DNA of 20,000 nucleotides, taken from IMG/VR virus record IMGVR_UViG_3300011211_000002; one strand, written 5' to 3'. The notes beneath the pieces are model-generated. The model saw only the letters and a program-made list of their open reading frames with translations. It had not been told where the DNA came from and searched no databases. Shown here piece by piece: positions 17,436 through 20,000 of this stretch. The stretch comes from an uncultured virus (IMG/VR IMGVR_UViG_3300011211_000002). Taxonomy: Duplodnaviria > Heunggongvirae > Uroviricota > Caudoviricetes. Each line of letters starts with the position of its first letter. Position 1 is the stretch's first letter. A program made the position numbers and the translations under genes.

Positions 17436-17473
17436 AGTAGTAGTGAGTTGAAATAACTTGCTGCTACTTTTTT
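17436..17473 (+). terminator. Intrinsic terminator
   Basis: 14-bp stem AGTAGTAGTGAGTT/AACTTGCTGCTACT with three G-U pairs (fully paired only as + strand RNA), followed by a T-run. Confidence 0.8.
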
Positions 17474-17510
17474 AGTTTAATTTAAATAGGTAAATATATA
17501 ATACAGATAC

Positions 17511-17538
17511 TTATTAACAGGTTATCAACATATCCACA
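17511..17538 (+). promoter_or_regulatory. Cluster of DnaA-box-like 9-mers
   Basis: TTATTAACA (17511), TTATCAACA (17522), ATATCCACA (17530), plus TTGTCCACA at 17250. Each is 1 mismatch from TTWTNCACA. Confidence 0.5.
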
Positions 17539-17643
17539 GGTAAGATTAATGAATATAAAGTCTTCGACCATGCGTCATCTGTTATATATCGAATAGAACA
17601 GATAAATATAAGTGTATTTATTGGGTTATACATTATTTAATTC

Positions 17644-17657
17644 AGAACATTTGTTCG
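17644..17657. promoter_or_regulatory. Firmicutes LexA/DinR (SOS) box
   Basis: AGAACATTTGTTCG has the exact GAAC-N4-GTTC core of consensus CGAACRNRYGTTCG. Confidence 0.6.
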
Positions 17658-17732
17658 TTTTTATTCATCTTATTTAGTGCTGAATATACTGTAAATAAGT
17701 GGGTATTATAGGTAAAATAATATACATTATAT

Positions 17733-18169
17733 CCTTATCACCATTGAATATAGGGGGTATGTTTACATTTCAAAGTTTATTAGCTGCTCCAATATCACCC
17801 CTACCTCTTCCATCCACACAGCATGTATAATTTTATTACTTTATACCTAATTACTACACTATTCATACTCGTTTTTGTAATCGTACTTAACCTCCAATCC
17901 CCTTATAAACATTGAATATTCAACTATAGTACTTTTGTCACTATCTACTCATTTCCCCTACTTTTACCTTTCCAATGCACATAAAACACTTATAAACATT
18001 GGATATTACGATTAACTTGTAACGACTAATATTTAATCGATCTTACACATTCATATAAATCTCCCATTAACATTGAATATCACCCTACTTTTTAATTAAA
18101 TCAGTAGAAAATAAAATAACTCGAAAAACAACGATAACTCATCTTAAATCCCTAATAAACACTGCGTAT
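17733..18169 (+). repeat. Array of degenerate 19-bp direct repeats (CCTTATAAACATTGAATAT)
   Basis: Copies at 17733, 17901, 17988, 18062, 18151. Outliers at about 11393 and 16123. Confidence 0.75.
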
Positions 18170-18326
18170 TAGCAACAGGATTCTTGTAGTCAATCGACTA
18201 CTGATGAATTTCTCTATTATCGTCTTTTCGAGTTCAAAAACTATCCATTATTTTATTGTTAAGTATTCATACCATACAACTTATGATATTTATTTGTCAT
18301 TAAAGTTATAAATTTGATTTACTTAT

Positions 18327-18527
18327 TTAACTTAAATACTTACCATTCTCTACAATATCAATCGCATACCTTAATACACTTTTCTTAGGCACATCATCTT
18401 TAGCACACATAGCTAATAACCTCAACGATTCTTCAGGTTGAGTTATAGATAACTTACTTATTATTAATAATAGTGCTGAGTCTACAGATTCACTTTCACA
18501 TAATTCAACAGTTTTTATTTCTTTCAT
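18327..18527 (-). CDS. Hypothetical small protein
   Basis: 66 aa, GGAG/AAGGA RBS, divergent from the RNAP operon. Confidence 0.65.
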   Translation of the reverse strand: MKEIKTVELCESESVDSALLLIISKLSITQPEESLRLLAMCAKDDVPKKSVLRYAIDIVENGKYLS

Positions 18528-18796
18528 TTCCTTTTACTCCACCTTTCTCAGAATTAATTACTGGTATTATTTCAATTAATTACAATAAAATCACCTTTAC
18601 CTACATAAATTATACATTCAAACATTTATCTTACAGTTTAAATATACAACATAATACCTAGCAAAGCCATTCAGTTTTTACATAATTCTACATGATTCGA
18701 CAAAAAATCAATACAAATTTTGCCAACATATAGATTTTAACGTTTTTATTAGATTAATACTATACATATAGTGGTTATTAAAAATTATTTTTTAGT

Positions 18797-18846
18797 TTGA
18801 CTGTCACTTCTCCAACTTTTACATTATAATATTAATAAATACATAA
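18797..18846 (+). promoter_or_regulatory. Sigma-A promoter of the RNAP operon with downstream AAATACATAA
   Basis: TTGACT at 18797, 17 bp spacer, TACATT at 18820 (TATAAT also at 18825). AAATACATAA at 18837, and another at 19061. Confidence 0.65.
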
Positions 18847-18871
18847 AAAATAAATTCAAAGGAGATTTTAC

Positions 18872-19054
18872 ATGACTACAAAATTTAACAAAGAGGATGT
18901 TTTATTCTATTTAGAGGAAATGGTTCAAATGGAGATGTCTACTTCTATTGAGGAAGATGTCTACTTTTCACTCAAGCAAGGTAAGAATGTTACAAGAGAA
19001 CAATTGGGATCGGTACTGAAACGTATGAAGAAATGGTATAACACAAGATTTTAA
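18872..19054 (+). CDS. Hypothetical small protein preceding the RNA polymerase
   Basis: 60 aa, AAGGAG RBS. Confidence 0.75.
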   Translation: MTTKFNKEDVLFYLEEMVQMEMSTSIEEDVYFSLKQGKNVTREQLGSVLKRMKKWYNTRF

Positions 19055-19106
19055 TTAATTAAATACATAACAATAAATTTTATAAAAATTGAGGAGAGTT
19101 GAATTT

Positions 19107-20000
19107 TTGGATAAACAAAAACCTATTTACATAATGAGTCTTGAAGCAAGCGACATATTTTATCATAACCACCGTAATATGAAACTCAAACGTGAGTATC
19201 ACGGTATGATTCCCTATTCACTAGAGTCCATTAAACTTGTCAAAAGTGGATTAAAAACTACATACATAGAAAAAAGAGATAAGTATATTAGTAACGATAT
19301 TATTAACGTGAAATTTAATTCAAGTGCTAAAAGTGCAGATGATATGGTAAAGATCATTGATAAGAAAATCAACTATGCTAAAGATGAAAACTATATAAGT
19401 GATTTATTAAGTTATAGAGAAAACCTAGAAGGACATTCAAGTAAGGCAGATGTTCCTAATATGTTATGGGATAAAGTTTCAGTTGAAGAATTAAGGAAAG
19501 AGTTATATCTAAATGGTTTCACCGTTTCTTTTACAAATGGTAGAACTGGAAAAGTAAAAGAAATAAAGTATGTAGTGTATAAGCGCTCATCTGCAAAATC
19601 TAGGACTGGACAATGCTTGTTTATCAAGGAGTCCCTATATAACAAAATGATTAAATGGTCGAGAATGGGATTACCTTTTAGAAAAGGTCAAACTATAGAT
19701 CTTGCAAGTTTACTAGCTTATGAATCACTAGTCGGTTCATCATTAGAGTATACAATTAATGTAAATCCAGACAAGATTCTGATTGTAGATGACATAGAGA
19801 GTAAATTTAAACAAATAGCTAATGTAGTTAGAACTGATCAAGTAACTAAAAGGTTAGATAGCTTCACAGAAGAATCCGAGATATCCAATTCTCTATTTGA
19901 CGGAGAATCATTATTGTCACATGAGTACTTTCCAGAAAACAAATCCATGCTTTTACTAAGAAATCATATGTTTAAATCTGCATCTTTCAATTGTAATATA
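19107..20000 (+). CDS. YonO-like / eukaryotic-RdRP-related single-subunit phage RNA polymerase, N-terminal 298 codons (partial)
   Basis: GAGGAG RBS, TTG 19107, frame open to the window edge. Motifs LYLNGF...KYVVYKRSSAKSRTGQCLFI, LAYESLVGSS, KILIVDDIE, FDGESLL and LLRNHMFKSA follow the order of YonO/RdRP motifs (F..SA.Q.R...C.F, L..S, I.V.D.E, TDG.G, .R....KG). The catalytic DxDGD would lie beyond the window. Confidence 0.8.
   Translation, partial: MDKQKPIYIMSLEASDIFYHNHRNMKLKREYHGMIPYSLESIKLVKSGLKTTYIEKRDKYISNDIINVKFNSSAKSADDMVKIIDKKINYAKDENYISDLLSYRENLEGHSSKADVPNMLWDKVSVEELRKELYLNGFTVSFTNGRTGKVKEIKYVVYKRSSAKSRTGQCLFIKESLYNKMIKWSRMGLPFRKGQTIDLASLLAYESLVGSSLEYTINVNPDKILIVDDIESKFKQIANVVRTDQVTKRLDSFTEESEISNSLFDGESLLSHEYFPENKSMLLLRNHMFKSASFNCNI

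Larger units (their letters stand above)
1..20000. mobile_element. Segment of a large SPbeta-like phage/prophage (accessory/early region up to the phage RNA polymerase)
   Basis: Dense small hypothetical ORFs with Firmicutes RBSs, several XRE HTH genes, a YonT-like toxin locus, a YonO-like RNAP and no housekeeping genes. No integrase or att site is in the window, so phage versus prophage or plasmid-prophage cannot be decided. Confidence 0.8.

Noticed and set aside
17733..18169. CRISPR array
   Set aside because: Repeats are only ~19 bp, degenerate and non-palindromic, with irregular 55-149 bp gaps, and there are no cas genes in the window.
18473..18661. 62-aa plus-strand ORF
   Set aside because: No RBS, overlaps the start of the 18327-18527 gene, and has intergenic-like composition.
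19412..19645. 77-aa minus-strand ORF
   Set aside because: Shadow of the RNA polymerase frame.
1..20000. Arbitrium (aimR/aimP), integrase/att sites, tRNAs, retron or reverse transcriptase
   Set aside because: I recognised no TPR receptor, signal-peptide pro-peptide, recombinase, cloverleaf or RT motif in this window.

Overview
AT-rich segment (GC roughly 28% by eye) of a large Firmicutes phage or prophage, most like the SPbeta-like Bacillales phages. Two gene arms diverge from a ~0.9 kb non-coding hub (10605-11543). The leftward arm holds many small genes: a DEDDh exonuclease, three XRE/Cro HTH regulators, a double winged-helix protein, zinc ribbons and acidic hypotheticals. The rightward arm holds a Rho-N/HEH-like protein, hypotheticals, a yonT/SR6/yoyJ-like type I toxin-antitoxin locus missing from the ORF track, a RepL-like protein flanked by repeats, DnaA-box-like sites and a LexA box, and the 5' part of a YonO/RdRP-like single-subunit RNA polymerase (also missing from the track). 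Three dispersed repeat families stand out. (1) About 15 copies of a palindromic ATAAWA-N6-TWTTAT element at gene junctions, giving a cassette-like array. (2) 11 copies of AAATACATAA, all co-oriented with transcription and often 6 bp upstream of a sigma-A -35. (3) A degenerate 19-bp CCTTATAAACATTGAATAT repeat arrayed at 74-89 bp spacing. All family assignments come from motif recognition by eye, with no database search.
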